Below are positions 1 to 378 of a DNA stretch of 378 bases, one piece after another. The translations under genes and the position numbers were made by a program. Source of the stretch: Escherichia coli (lineage in GTDB: Bacteria; Pseudomonadota; Gammaproteobacteria; Enterobacterales; Enterobacteriaceae); NCBI RefSeq assembly GCF_003334305.1, contig NZ_QOWS01000081.1. The stretch is one strand, 5' to 3'. A model generated the notes under the pieces. The model saw only the letters and a list, made by a program, of their open reading frames with translations. It was not told the DNA's origin and did not search any database. How positions within the stretch are numbered: position 1 is the stretch's first letter; each line of letters opens with the position of its first letter.

Positions 1-378
1 CGCCTCCCCCGGCAGCAGCGGCTCAAAGTGAATGCTCCGCCCGCCGTTGTCGTTGAGTACCAGTGCATCATCGCGTAGCTGTAAGCGGATATCAGAAGGC
101 GCTTTCCAGCCGGGGCCAAACACTCCCACCGGCGCGGGTGTCCTGGTCCGGTAGCTGCTGTAGGTGCGGGAGAGAATGAACGGCAGCGGGCCGGGCAGCG
201 CAAGGTCCGTCTCGCCGGGCAGCACCTTCGCCCCCAGCAGCGGATTTACCGGGTTGCCCGAAGTCATCCCGCCCGGACACACCGAGCACGCCACGCCGGT
301 GGGCGCGCCAATTCTTACACCTGCCGAACCCTGGACAATGGGACCGCCATACTGAGTCATATCTCCCTGACGCGCCGC
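1..378 (-). CDS. rhs: Rhs-family polymorphic toxin protein, N-terminal portion (PAAR-like domain plus linker); partial at both ends, true start just beyond position 378, gene continues beyond position 1
   Basis: Seen in sequence: the reverse complement read in phase from position 378 gives 126 sense codons and no stop. The translation begins AARQGDMTQYGGPIVQGSAGVRIGAPTGVACSVCPGG, which from memory matches the conserved N-terminus of E. coli-type Rhs proteins (MSGKPAARQGDMTQYGG...), followed by the Pro/Gly-rich stretch LPGETDLALPGPLPFILSRTYSSYRTRTPAPVGVFGPGWKAPSDIRLQLRDD. GC3 in this frame is about 73% by hand count, consistent with a genuine reading frame. The paralog (rhsA/B/C/D-like) cannot be resolved from 378 nt, so only a family-level symbol is given. 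Confidence 0.9.
220..378 (-). other. Region encoding a PAAR-like domain (PAAR_RHS type) at the N-terminus of the Rhs protein; boundaries approximate, and the first residues of the PAAR motif lie outside the window
   Basis: The translation shows the pattern (P)AARxGD...GGPIVQGSxxVRIGxPxxG...C-x-x-C, which resembles the PAARxGD / GSxxVxIGG signature of PAAR repeat proteins. Established knowledge: many Rhs proteins carry an N-terminal PAAR-like domain. The domain end was placed by eye, not by HMM. Confidence 0.55.

Noticed and set aside
1-100. Possible first RHS/YD repeat at the downstream end of the window (…RLQLRDDALVLNDNGGRSIHFEP…)
   Set aside because: I cannot match this confidently to the YD-repeat consensus by eye. 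The repeat shell probably starts further on, outside the window, so no repeat feature is called.
265-267. Second in-frame ATG on the minus strand (M of GGMTSGNP) as an alternative start
   Set aside because: It lies in the middle of the conserved PAAR-like region, and the upstream codons are clearly coding and conserved, so it is an internal methionine.
92-289. Track ORF on the minus strand, 65 aa (MLGVSGRDDFGQPGKSAAGG...)
   Set aside because: It is in a different frame from the full-length open frame that spans the whole window and matches Rhs. Its translation is Ala/Gly/Arg-rich low-complexity sequence typical of off-frame reading through GC-rich coding DNA, and I see no plausible RBS. A nested overlapping gene is very unlikely.
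302-309. GGCGCGCC perfect 8-bp palindrome
   Set aside because: It is too short and isolated to be an operator or terminator, and it sits inside the coding frame (minus-strand codons GGC GCG CCC, Gly-Ala-Pro). It is most likely a chance consequence of high GC.
164-355. Track ORF on the plus strand, 63 aa (MRERMNGSGPGSARSVSPGS...)
   Set aside because: It is antisense to the recognised Rhs coding frame, with a Pro/Gly/Ser-rich translation and no recognisable family. High-GC genes routinely produce stop-free antisense frames of this length.
1-378. Search for tRNA, CRISPR repeats, IS inverted repeats, promoter or terminator
   Set aside because: The window is continuous coding sequence in one frame, with no direct repeats, no stem-loop plus T-tract, and no -35/-10-like AT-rich boxes. 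There is nothing to support any of these.

Overview
The whole 378-bp window is coding sequence from the 5' end of an Rhs-family (polymorphic toxin) gene on the minus strand. Reading the reverse complement from position 378 down to 1 gives 126 in-phase codons with no stop: AARQGDMTQYGGPIVQGSAGVRIGAPTGVACSVCPGGMTSGNPVNPLLGAKVLPGETDLALPGPLPFILSRTYSSYRTRTPAPVGVFGPGWKAPSDIRLQLRDDALVLNDNGGRSIHFEPLLPGEA. From memory this closely matches the conserved N-terminus of enterobacterial Rhs proteins (E. coli RhsA/B/C type, which begin MSGKPAARQGDMTQYGGPIVQGSAGVRIGAPTGVACSVCPGG...), i.e. the PAAR-like N-terminal domain and the linker before the RHS/YD-repeat shell. The gene is partial at both ends: the true start is probably about 15 nt beyond position 378, and the body continues past position 1. 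The two ORFs in the supplied track are out-of-frame artefacts of GC-rich coding DNA. The real frame is missing from the track only because it has no stop in the window. I see no RNA gene, CRISPR, IS end, promoter or terminator here. I do not find a novel system in this window: it is a well-described conserved Rhs N-terminus. Any novelty in such a locus would sit in the variable C-terminal toxin tip and its immunity gene, several kb away at lower coordinates and outside this window.
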